Positions 1 through 11,984 of a DNA stretch of 64,000 bases are shown in pieces; position 1 is the first letter of the stretch, and each line of letters starts with the position of its first letter. The notes under the pieces were generated by a model. It made no database searches. It was not told where the DNA came from and worked only from the letters and a program-made list of their open reading frames with translations. Origin of the DNA: Octopus vulgaris (Eukaryota); contig OX597819.1 of assembly GCA_951406725.2 (NCBI GenBank), forward strand, positions 86,738,001 to 86,802,000, in the 5' to 3' direction. The translations under genes and the position numbers were made by a program.

Positions 1-299
1 CCCATTCTCTCAAGCATGCTGGCCTTGTGCCCAAATTTGAAATCCTTCGAAATAAATTTGACCTTTCATCTTTTCGAATGGTCTAGAGGTTAGAATTCAT
101 GTCTACCACCTGCGAAGCCCCATTTCGAATCCTAGGGTGGGAATGCATTACTTTTAAGCGCAGGCATGGTTGTGTGGCTATGAAGCTCGCTTTGCTGTAC
201 GTAGCTTTGGGCTCAGTCCCACTGCGCAGTGCTTTGGGTAGGTATCTTCTACTAGAGCCGCTCCCGGCCGATCAATGCTTTGTGAGTGAATGTGTGTGG

Positions 300-1196
300 A
301 AAAAACCACTAAGGCATCACGGAAACCAACTGATGAGAAAATCAGCTGCCAATGTTCCTTGTATCGTGTTTTTGTCTCCCTTTTCTGTCCGTTATGTTTT
401 CACTCAGTTTTCCTATTTTTTTCCCTTCCCTGTCTAACTTTTGAAATATTCATTACAGCGCAACGCACCCCGTTTGGTTAATTAGCTGTAAAAAAATATT
501 CGCTGAATATTTTTAGTGCGACTCTTAGCTCATTCTTCCCTTCCTCTTTCTTCTCTATTTTTTCTTTTTTCCTTAATTGCCTTCCTTGGACCCTGTCTTC
601 TCTCTCTCTCCTTCCTTCTCTCTTATTCTTCAACCCCTCTCTTTCCCTATCTCATTCCTTAATACCTCAATTCCCCTTCCTCTCTCCTATCACGCGTCGT
701 TCTTCTTCGGCCTGCTGTTGACCTAACCAGACACGTTTGTGTTCTGACCGTCAAGGACTTTTTCCGTTTCTTTGTGCTACCTCTCTACGTCTGTCTTGAT
801 AGCCGGAAAGGCCTTTTCTGTTTGTATTGTATTGCTTTAGTACTGTATACGTATAATTATTCTTATTGCCTCCTGTACAGCCATAAGGTATTTTCTATTG
901 TGTATGTACCATACCATGTCTGTTATATCATACCATTATTTCTTATTGAACACGCGATCGTATTTTGACTTGTCCTCGCACACATTTGTCAGCTTTTTCC
1001 TGCAACTCTATGCTCTGGCGTTTCCGTCAGATAACAGTGGTTTTGGCTTAAATAGCGTGAAACCACTAAGGCGTCTCGGAAACCAACTAATGAGAAAACC
1101 AGCTGCGAATGTTCCTTGTATCTTGTTTGTCTCCCACTTCCGTTATGTTTTCCCCCAGTTTTCGTCTATTTTCCCCTTCACTGTCTAACTTTTGAA

Positions 1197-1197
<1 letters not shown>
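300..1197. repeat. ~140-bp direct repeat (300-445 and 1060-1197) around a pyrimidine-rich tract; probable decayed retroelement (PLE-like) end
   Basis: aaaccactaaggc...ggaaaccaact(g/a)atgagaaaa...ctgtctaacttttgaaat occurs twice. Confidence 0.45.
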
Positions 1198-1280
<83 letters not shown>

Positions 1281-3172
1281 CTGTTTGACCTCCTCCCAGT
1301 TACTGGTTTGTGAGCACTTCGACAAAATGGATTAACATAGTCAGGATACCAGACTTAAAAATTAGTGTTGGGGTTTGAGTTGTCTGCCTGAACTCTTCAA
1401 GTCGGTGCTTCAGTATGATCACAGTCCTATGACTGAAACCAGTAAATAATAAGGTACCAGTCAAGTACCAAGTACTGAGCTCTATATGACTAATAGTATT
1501 ATTGAAATATCATCCAAGTGCATGTCCTTGTGCTAATGCTTGAAATTATTATTTTTGTTTAGGGGAAATGCATTTTGGTAATCATACAGTTAGCAATATT
1601 TCGTCTTGGCATCTCTAAAAGAATGAAAATAATATACACAATAAGTAATTTATTTATTTCCTTGGGGCACTACAACATCTAAAATTTCTTTTATTACTGA
1701 ATTATAATAACAATTTTGCAATGCTCCAAGAAAATATGAAAATTGTCCTTTGCTCATAAATTATTTTAGCCAAACATTAATCTTGTTCCTTTTTATTTGT
1801 TTCGCTTTGTTTTTCCATCCTTTCGATTTCTATAAAATGAGTGTCATGAGGTTGAGAAACTATAAAACAAATATCACTTAAGTAATAATGTTGACATAAT
1901 CGATTATTGCATCGTGCTGTATGTATAACCTTGTACTAATATATGAAATCAATTTTAATATATTTTTCCTTCTCCCGGCGGTCAATATAATAAAATACAG
2001 TGAATTACTAGACTGGGTTTAATAAACACTGTTGCTCACTTAGAAGTTTTACGATGTTGCATTAAAATTAGAAATATATATTATGTACAGTCTTCACATG
2101 CGGAATAAAAGCTGACAAGGACTCATAGGACTCATAGAAATTTATGTAGACCGACACATAAATACGCACAAATACATACGTTAAAATAAAAGAGGAAATC
2201 TGAAAGCACATGTATGTATGTATGTATGTATGTATGTATGTATGTATGTATGCATGTATGTATGTATGTATGTACGTACGTACGTACGTATGTATGTATG
2301 GATGGCGGAAGAGCTCATGAGCAGTCAACGGCCATCCAACAATATGTGTATATGTGTATGTATGCATGTATCTATGCGCGAGGACGTAGAAATACCTGGG
2401 TTGGTGTCCAGGCGTACGGCTGGCCCCCTGGGAGTGGGTGGCTCCTATGTTGTTATCACAACATCTCGCTAGGAGAGGCAAACTCTGAGAGAAAACCTGG
2501 GACACTGACAATATTCGATTATGTAGACTAGTTCTTCTATTCGAGTTTGTTGTCCCTGATCAGAGAGTGGGATTGAGTTTGTGCAAATCCTTTCCCACTA
2601 TAAAGAATTATGATGCACAGGCATCGTTTGAACAAAAAAAAAAACCTATCGCAAAAATGGCTGGCTGTAGCCTTCGCATGTGAGGGACTTTGATCAGGTG
2701 ATGGCAGTACTCGAACAAGTGTTATTATATTTCAATACGAAAGATAGTATCAGACAATACTACTATCGAATATTTTGATGACTTGGAAAATTCTTTTACG
2801 TCAAGTTACAGGCCTATTTGCACATTATTCATATATTTTAATCAATAACTGGGACGAATCTCAGCAAGTATAATTTGTGACATCACAGTTATATGTGACG
2901 TCAAATAACACATCCTATTGAAGTTACGTCTATTTACATACTGAGTATGAACCACGTTTTCATGGTTGCATGCCTAAAATGTTCACTTCGCAAACATGCC
3001 GTTAAACGCGGGATCTCGCCTTGCAGTATTTGGGGCAGATGTTTTCAATCATAGTCTCAATAGCTCGAGAGCGAAATTTGGCTGACGGAAACTGTACAGA
3101 AGCACATCCAATACATACATGTGTGTGTGCGTGCGTGCGCGTGTATGAGTATATATAGGTATATACATTACA

Positions 3173-3228
<56 letters not shown>

Positions 3229-3408
3229 GCATATATATATATATATATACATACAAATATATATATACATATATATATATACATACAAATATATATATAC
3301 ATATATATATATATACTTACAAATATATATATACATATATATATACATATGTACATATACATATATACATATTATATATTATATACATACATATGTATAC
3401 AGATATAC

Positions 3409-3466
<58 letters not shown>

Positions 3467-3488
3467 AAAACATGAGGCGAAGGATTCA

Positions 3489-3566
3489 GCGGTACATATG
3501 TTTCGGGCCTTTATTAGACAGATTTATAACAAAGCATAATGTATGTCTGTGGCCTTCTTCAGCCGC
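3489..3566 (-). ncRNA. Type I hammerhead ribozyme motif (left-arm copy)
   Basis: Reverse complement of 4498-4575. Confidence 0.75.
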
Positions 3567-4497
3567 GCACAACAGCTTCCACAAGGACATGTGTTACATC
3601 AAAAATTCTTGGTTGGGGATGCAAATCCTCTCGTTCACGTACGACATAATGCGGCAGCAGCATAGAATTGAAGCGTCCATCTCTTTCTTCTCTCAATGTA
3701 GAATGAGGAAACTTGGATGTTGAGGTAATGTAAATAAATAAATACGTATATAGAGGTGGCGAGAGTTCGGGACGAGGGATAAAAAATATATATAAAAAAT
3801 GTACGTATAGAATAAAAATGTAGAGGATAAAGATATAAAGAGTTGTAAGGAGATGTAAAGGGGGTATAAAGAAATATAAAGAAATATAAAAAAATGTAAA
3901 GGCATAAGGTTGTAAAGTAAAAATAGAAATGGAAATAATAGTAAAAGAAGTAAAGAACCTGATAAAAACATGATAAAAGTGTAAAAGAATGTAAAGATAA
4001 GGGATGTATAGAGGTCGCGGACCAAGCATGGTGGTCAGGGGTCCGCGACCTCTATACATCCCTTATCTTTACATTCTTTTACACTTTTATCATGTTTTTA
4101 TCAGGTTCTTTTACTTCTTTTACTATTATTTCCATTTCTATTTTTACTTTACAACCTTATGCCTTTACATTTTTTTATATTTCTTTATATTTCTTTATAC
4201 CCCCTTTACATCTCCTTACAACTCTTTATATCTTTATCCTCTACATTTTTATTCTATACGTACATTTTTTATATATATTTTTTATCCCTCGTCCCGAACT
4301 CTCGCCACCTCTATATACGTATTTATTTATTTACATTACCTCAACATCCAAGTTTCCTCATTCTACATTGAGAGAAGAAAGAGATGGACGCTTCAATTCT
4401 ATGCTGCTGCCGCATTATGTCGTACGTGAACGAGAGGATTTGCATCCCCAACCAAGAATTTTTGATGTAACACATGTCCTTGTGGAAGCTGTTGTGC

Positions 4498-4575
4498 GCG
4501 GCTGAAGAAGGCCACAGACATACATTATGCTTTGTTATAAATCTGTCTAATAAAGGCCCGAAACATATGTACCGC
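4498..4575 (+). ncRNA. Type I hammerhead ribozyme motif (PLE-type, minimal stem III)
   Basis: gcgg-CTGAAGA-a-ggcc-acaga...tctgt...ggcc-c-GAAA-c-atat-GTA^-ccgc. Stem I is gcgg/ccgc, stem II ggcc/ggcc, stem III ACATATGT (palindromic). Predicted cleavage after 4571. Confidence 0.78.
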
Positions 4576-4683
4576 TGAATCCTTCGCCTCATGTTTTTAT
4601 TTTTATTTTGATCAATTTACTCCACCACCTACACCACCAAACGGTATACACAGGTGCTTATAATTATCAAGTACTCACCCCGA

Positions 4684-4726
<43 letters not shown>

Positions 4727-4789
4727 TACATATACATATACATTATATATATACCTACATATATATACGTACTTTATTAAAAAGCAGCA

Positions 4790-5140
4790 AAACAATCTCA
4801 AAAACTGTTACTCAATGCGCAACCCCATACTGCAACGATCACATCACAGAAGATCGAAGAGCTTGGTTGGGAAAAAAAATCCTCATCCACCTTATTCTCC
4901 CGACCTTGCTCCTTCAGACTACCATTTATTTCGTAGTTTACAGAATCATGTGGGGGACATAACTTTCACAAGCCATGAGGAGGTCGAAACTGATAGGATT
5001 AGAAAGCTTGTAAATAGATGGAAGGAAGTCATAGATAATCAGGGAAAATACATTGATGATTAAATTTCAATTAAATATAACATTTGATCACTTGTTTTCT
5101 TCATTCAAAATTCGGACAGAACTTATGGGATGACCTGATA
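4790..5140 (+). mobile_element. Mariner transposon 3' fragment
   Basis: Translates to PHPPYSPDLAPSDYHLFRSLQNH...IRKLVNRWKEVIDNQGKYIDD*, followed by a TIR-like aacttatgggatgacctgata ending in TA. Confidence 0.9.
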
Positions 5141-5919
5141 TATATAATTTTCTTACATAAGCACACGGCCACACCAGTATTTGATACGTAATTTATTTTA
5201 TCCTTGGGAGGATGGAATGTAAAGTCGAGTCCTCCTGCATTCGAAGTCAGAAATTGAAAGGGCGTAAGCCTTATGTCCTCTCCTGTACCGAAGGAGTCAG
5301 CGTATCTGTGAGTAAAGGCATTTGTAATTATTATTACTAGTGTAGACGGGTTCCAAACTGAGCCACAGCAAAACGTTTCAAACATTTTAAACTAAAACCA
5401 ATTATAAATTTTTCTTTTACTACTCTAGTTGTATTACTTTATCATGAACCATATATTTTAAATTTAAATTATTTGTATAGCCGCAATTGCTGGAAGAAAT
5501 TCATTCAATCCTCATTTATAATTTTTATATGAAGCTTTTACCCATTGTTAAATAAATACACCGAACATCTTAATTATATTATACTAAATTGAATTCTACG
5601 CGTCAACTAGGAATTCTCGTATTAATTAATTGTTGTCAGTGTAGGCCATCACTAGCTTCCAAGCATTCTAGATATTACCTTACATAAAGGAACCGTCTTC
5701 GTTCACTGCTACTTTTGAGAGAATAGAAGTCTTTTTGATAATTTAGTTGGAGCATATCGTAACATCTTTACACTGAAGAAAGATAGGAATTCACGTAATA
5801 TAGAAACTTAAATATGAAAAATGCTTAAAAAACAGGAAATGATTAAATCTAAACACACACACACATTTATATGTACAAATGTATATACCCACTATCATCA
5901 ATATATTACATAGTTTCGT

Positions 5920-6556
5920 TAAGCGGCGAGCTGGCAGAAGCGTTAGCACGCCGGGCGAAATGCGTAGCTGTATTTTGTCTGCCGTTAAGTTCTGAGTTCA
6001 AATTCCGCGAGGTCGACTTTGCCTTTCATCCTTTTGGGGTTGATTAAATAAGTACCAGTTACGCACTGGGGTCGATGTAATCTACTTATTCCGTTTGTCT
6101 GTCCTTGTTTATCCTCTCTGTGTTTAACCCCTTATGGGTAGTAAAGAAATAGGTATTTTGTCTGTCGATACGTTCTGAGTTCAAATTCCGCCAAGATTGA
6201 CTTTGCCCTTCATTATTCCGGGGTCGATTAAATAAGTACCAGTTACGCACCGGGGTCTATGTAATCGACTTAATCCCTTTGTCTGTCCTTGTTTGTTCCC
6301 TCTGAGTTTAGCTCCATGTGGGCAATAAACAAATAAATATATTACATAGTTTTGTAAAGCGGCGAGCTGGCAGAGTCGTTACCGCGCCGGAAAAATTCTT
6401 CACGGTATTTCTACCGACAAGTGCTGCCGAGGTCAACTTTGCCTTTTAACCTTTCAAGGTCGATAAAATAAATATCAGTTGAATTCTGGGATTGGTATAA
6501 CCAACATATCCCTTCCCGCCAAATCTGCTCGGCTCGTGTCAAAATTTGAAACCAAT
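5920..6556 (+). mobile_element. Tandem copies of an abundant octopus tRNA-derived SINE with a Meta-type central domain
   Basis: ggcgagctggcaga...gttcaaattccgccgaggtcgactttgcctttcatcctttcggggtcgat...aagtaccag, repeated. Confidence 0.8.
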
Positions 6557-7079
6557 GTAATACATAGTTTTGTTGTGATAACACTACTTTCAGTGGAAGT
6601 TGGTATCCAACAAAACGTTGCTCAAAGATGTCAATGTCTTAATTACTACCTCAAAATCATGTTAAATCTAGATTTAGCATTGGTTTTATTTCCTAAAAAG
6701 GACATTTCTAATGAGGTTTAACCTTGTCATCAATCACTAGAAATGACATATAATACTATCCGTTGTGTATGGCATTGATTGACGTATAAATTTAAAATTT
6801 AGTTGGAACGTTAACAAGAATTTAACTGACTGTTAAATATTTATGTGCAAAGAAGAAAAAACATTAATTATGTTTTAAATAAACGAGCAACCCTGTTAGA
6901 GGGGGCAAATTTTTTTTTTGTTTGGTCGATAGGAAGGAGTTGTTCCCGTGGCCTTCGAAGATCTTCCATGACTGGTAAAATTGACACGATTAGCATTTAC
7001 CTTGAATAATTGCAACTGAAGGTAAACAATGTACAAGGAGGGATCTCTGTGTCTTTGTTTGTTTATGAGTGTATGTGTA

Positions 7080-7116
<37 letters not shown>

Positions 7117-7399
7117 GCGTGCTTGTGGACACAGTATGAAGAGAGAGGAAGAGTCGAAAGTGCCAAAATGAAAGACCAGCCAGTTCATAGGAGCAAAGGC
7201 CATTATAGTAGTAGTAGTCGTAGTAGTAGTAGTAGTAGTAGAAGTAGTAGTAGTAGTAGTAGTAGTAAGAGAGAAAGAGTGAGTGAGAGAGGGGTTCTTT
7301 TGTTGACGTACGTTCGACAGAAGAAATCCTCAATGGTGATGAGTCTGCTTTTGTAACAACCTTACAACTTCAATTTGCATGTTGTTCATATTCATCAGG

Positions 7400-8030
7400 G
7401 AAGAGTACGACATTATTGCTATCTTGAGAGGAGTAGTATTGTGATGTAAGCGCAAACAGGACTTATTTGGAGTTTGTTTTCAAAATGTCCGGTCATTGAG
7501 AGTTAGTGTAAATTTGTTGTGTGCCATTCAGGTTTCATGTGAATGGCGCTTGAGCACGGAAGGTTTGGAAATAATGAATGGTGGCATCGTCTGAATAGGC
7601 ATGGACATTGTTAGACGTCCATTCCTATTCAAACGTTGTTAGACGTAGCGACAAGTAGGTAGGCTGTTGATACGTACGAAGAAAGAGACGTGTGAGTATT
7701 GAGAGACAGAACCGAATCTCGGGTGCACTATACTAGATAGAATGTTGATCAGAGAGTGTTCCATCTGTACGGATAGTGCAATCAAACTGGAGGTAGTCGA
7801 TCCAACAGATGAAAGACGGATAGAACCACTCGGTGAATTGTTTTGTTGGGAGGCTGGTGTACTAAATTCATTCAAATGATATGTCAATGTTGAATTTAAC
7901 AACACTGTTTCCACTAAATCTCTCTCAAGAGCAACAGAAGAAAGTAACAAAGGGAAGATCTGGAGTAGAAATGGTCTTGCTGGTGGTCATTAAAGAAAGG
8001 CGTAGTGGTTGTCATAAAAGAAAGGGATTA
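7400..8030 (-). pseudogene. Highly decayed non-LTR reverse transcriptase fragment
   Basis: Minus strand gives IRTDGTLSDQHSI...GSVS and SNNVHAYSDDATIH (YADD-type motif at ~7581-7615), with stops and frameshifts. Confidence 0.65.
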
Positions 8031-8266
8031 GAGTTGGTGAAATGAGCTGTAATGCTTGCTTTCTTTTCATCTGATACTGAATCAGATTTTTAAGGGACTT
8101 GTCATTATTTTCATGTAAGTAGGATATAATTCCTCAGAATATATTTAAACCGGCTAAGTGTTCTGTTCTTTTGGACACCATTTTATTGAATTCTGATAAA
8201 ATAATTTTTAAAATGTGTGCTATGACTTATGTTGAAATTATACTCCAGTCAGTCATATACTCCAGG

Positions 8267-8424
8267 CAGTGCTAACGAAGAAGTAAATAGCTTCCAATTC
8301 CATGTTTGAAATGCACGCCTTCGTACAGAAATATCTTTAGTCATTTCCTGCTCTTCTGCATACTACAGTATATTCCTAAATTATCAACGAAGTTCATTCG
8401 AAACACATTCATGCCTTTTAAAAA
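8267..8424. repeat. ~155-bp segment nearly identical to 16893-17050
   Basis: cagtgctaacgaagaagtaaatagcttcc...ttcatgcctttt is present at both positions with ~3 mismatches. Confidence 0.9.
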
Positions 8425-9059
8425 TAAAAATAAAAATAACATTTTTTCATAATTTCAGTCAATTTCCAGTCAAGTACTGATATTTGGTTAAACGACTGTA
8501 GCATCTCTATAATCTTGTATCCTGTTATCTATGAAACAAAACAATATTGTTTGTTTTTCATTTTTCTGGTATAGTTATGAAAATTAACGACAAAATAAAA
8601 ACCAGGAATATTTACCTCCACCAAACACTCGAGGCCTTTGAACTAGCGATGAAACCCTAACACGGTTGCGTGGTCTACTGCTAGAAATCCTATTCTTACC
8701 ACACTCGACCATATAAAAAAAGACACATAGGTTGTAGTTCTAAATATACTAACTTTCATAGTAATATAACCCAATGTATATTAACTTGGAAACGAGAAGG
8801 ATGGTCACAGTCGCTTCCCCTTTGATCAGAGCTCTGCTCCCTAATGATTGACCTAGAGATAAAAACAACAACAACTACAAGATGTACCTAATTTAGTGAT
8901 CAAAATAATGTACAGTAATCGCATGCCGAATAAAGGCTTTTTATTGGACAATGCGAGAAGCAAAGATCTCAAAAATCTGAAGAATTTTTTTACATGTTGA
9001 GAAAGACCAACTCCGTACAGTTTATATTTCCGTAGAAAATATTCTGCAGCGAAGAATTA

Positions 9060-9760
9060 ACTTAGTCATGGTTAAAAAAATTCCATCAATAAATATCATT
9101 TATGACTTTATAATTTGCTCAATATATCGCCTCCGGACGTATTCCATAATCATTTGGCGGTGACACTAACAAGGAATTAAATGGCTTCCAATGGCGCCGA
9201 TTACTTTGAAATACTAGACTTTGTACGTATGTTAATTCAACTATTTCCCGCACTGTTGTTTCCTATACACACAAACTCACAATGAATTCGAGAAGAAGCA
9301 CATGCATGCCTTTTCAATTGACAGTAAGTTACATTTGAAAAGGTCTTGTTTGGTAAATGAAGAAAATAGGTTTCAACTCTCTTAACAGATTTTGTTAACA
9401 TTTTATTGAACTCTAATAAAAGGAATTCAATAGGAGATTAATATAATGTAATGCACTAAGAAGACATAGAAATTGCCGTTTAGACAAGAATCATATTCTG
9501 AGATGTTTAATCAATATTTTTATAATATTTTCATCCGTTCGAGATCAAAAAAAGAAGTACTACACAAGTAGATTGGTCGACTTAAGCGAATAAAGCATCC
9601 TTCAAAATATTTGTAGCCTTTAGGCTATATTATAAATAATTTTTAATTATTGCTTCTTTGTTTTTCTGTTATATTTCTTCCGCAAAAGATAAAACAAATA
9701 TGGTTCAAATAGGAGAGTTGATTAGATTGATGACGATGACCTCCGCCCACCTAAACTGTG
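9060..9760. repeat. Ancient tandem-duplication unit, copy A (paralogous to ~16830-17600 and ~24590-25330)
   Basis: Collinear anchors: ctaacaagga, ttattgaactc, tagaaattg, tccgttcgagatcaa, tataaataat, gatgacctccgcccacctaaactg. Confidence 0.75.
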
Positions 9761-9779
9761 ATTTTGTATCCGAAATTTC

Positions 9780-10130
9780 GTGGGAGGGGCCAGTCGATTA
9801 GATGGATCCCAGTACGCAACTGGTACTTAATTTATCGATCCTGAAAGGATGAAAGGCAAAGCCGATCTCGGCGGAATTTGAACACAGAACGTAAAGAGAG
9901 ACGAAATACATATTTCTTTACTACCCAAAGGGGCTAAACACAGAGAGGACAAACAAGGATTAAGTCGATTATATTGACCCCAGTGCATAATTGGTACTTA
10001 TTTAATCGACCCCCGAAAGGATGAAAGGCAAAGTCGACCTCAGCGGAATTTGAACTCAGAACGTAGCGGCAGACTAAATACCGCTTAGCATTTCGCCCGG
10101 CGTGCTAACGATTCTGCCAGCTCGCAGCCT
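9780..10130 (-). mobile_element. Meta-type SINE tandem copies
   Basis: Reverse complement of the 5920 family; interrupts duplication unit A. Confidence 0.8.
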
Positions 10131-10140
10131 TAATACTGTG

Positions 10141-10318
10141 GTCTTGTATCGATGCAATAAATCAATATTGTGCACAATATTCACAATATTCTGGACAAGA
10201 GACAACATAGACAAATGCATGTAAATGCACACACACACACACACACAAGCACGCACGCAAGCACGAGCACACACACACACTAAAGGATTTATGTTTGGTG
10301 TGTGTATGCATCTATATA

Positions 10319-10358
<40 letters not shown>

Positions 10359-10432
10359 TAATCCAAGCATGAAAACACAAAGAGAAAACACAACAACGCG
10401 AGGACGTGGAACAAGTATAGTATTATTGGACG
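10141..10432. repeat. Recent local duplication (second copy ~11180-11486)
   Basis: tcttgtatcgatgcaataaatc...tctatatatgtg and gaaaacacaacaacgcgaggacgtggaacaagtatagtattattggacg both recur about 1.04 kb downstream. Confidence 0.9.
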
Positions 10433-10458
10433 CTCAGGAAAGAAGGTAAAGAAGGAGG

Positions 10459-10493
10459 GTTTAACGTTTCGAGCGGAACTCTTCGTCAGAAAC
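10459..10493 (-). ncRNA. Minimal hammerhead ribozyme motif in a PLE-like terminal fragment (~10355-10560)
   Basis: Minus strand reads gttt-CTGACGA-a-gag-ttccg-ctc-GAAAC-GTT^-aaac; stem III is a loopless ACGT palindrome. Confidence 0.65.
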
Positions 10494-10624
10494 ATAGTAA
10501 AAGGAAAGATCCAAAGAAGGGAAGACGGAGGGAAAAAAATTCGCCAACGGTACACACGCAGTATATGTCGGTATGTAAGTAATAATTTATGTATTTTTTT
10601 ATAGATGGATGAATGAATCGAGGG

Positions 10625-10668
<44 letters not shown>

Positions 10669-11375
10669 GTGTGTGTGTATGTATGCACGTATGTATGCAT
10701 GTATGTAAATGTATGTATGTATGTATGTATGTATGTATGTATGTATGTATGTATGTATGTATGTATGTATGCATGCATGTATGAGCGTACATGTATCTAC
10801 ATCAAAAAGTTCATGTAAATACGTGTTGAATGTAAATAGATCTTTGAATATTTAACAATCCCAACTTGTACCTTCACGTGTTAAAGGTTGAACTCGCTCG
10901 TTGAGAGTCTCCTAAAATCTATACAAAAGAAAAATCTCCAACGTATCACAGCGTACCCACGGGTATTAGTTACTTAGTTGTTGATGTGTACTATAATGGA
11001 AAAACTACAATTACATTTGGATCGCTTTTGATCATATGTCTAATTGGCCGCGGGTGACCTCCAATACTTCAGCGATAATTCAATATACGTTACATTCATG
11101 TAGATTTGTAGAATTAGAGATTCATTATTATTTTCATTACATATGCATCCCATGAGTTCTTAGTAACTTGCAGTTCGCCTCTTGTATCGATGCAATAAAT
11201 CAATATTGTGCACAATATTCACAATATTCTGGACAAGAGACAACATAGACAAATGCATGTAAATGCACACACACACACACACACAAGCACGCACGCAAGC
11301 ACGAGCACACACACACACTAAAGGATTTATGTTTGGTGTGTGTATGCATCTATATATGTGACGTAGTTACAAACA

Positions 11376-11441
<66 letters not shown>

Positions 11442-11984
11442 ACACAACAACGCGAGGACGTGGAACAAGTATAGTATTATTGGACGATTCCCAAGCTTAT
11501 ACAAGCTTGTATAGAAGACCCAAAAGTGACGCTCCCGTATGTAATGAGAATAATAATTAATCTTTAATTTTACAAATCTATATGAATGCAAGGTTTAACT
11601 AAAACAGTCGCCCAAAGTAGACCGTTCCTTTGCATCCACTCACCCTTGCCACGCTGCTGACCAGTATCCTTTTTAAGAAATATAGAAATTGTATCTATTG
11701 TGAGCATAAGTCTCGTAATATGGAACTCCCATTGTAGACGTTCAACTCAAGTTTTCAATATTATATCTAATTATATAGTATTGACTTCCTTTTTTCTGAA
11801 ATTTTGACAGATTAATCAGTTTTCATTTCAGAGTTTCGTAACATATCCATCTACACAATGGAGCGAGTGAAACTGCAAATTTGCGTAAGATTTCAACATT
11901 CGATGAGCTTAAGCAATAACTATAAAATTTGACAAAGAAAAATTGTATAGAAAGGCTGATCAAATGCATATAAAATATATAGAC

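Larger units (their letters stand above)
3461..4688. mobile_element. PLE-like terminal region arranged as an inverted repeat (arms 3461-4023 and 4040-4603, 16-nt spacer, ~85-nt unpaired tail), inserted in (TA)n
   Basis: The arms are reverse complements with one visible 1-nt indel (extra T near 4110). Each arm carries a hammerhead core. The right arm extends to (TA)n at ~4689. Confidence 0.75.

Noticed and set aside
320-360. CTGATGA motif near GAAA as a possible hammerhead
   Set aside because: No convincing stems could be built; the second copy reads CTAATGA.
3472-4592. Mirror-image ORFs of 83-166 aa
   Set aside because: They are by-products of the palindrome and low-complexity sequence; no recognisable domain.
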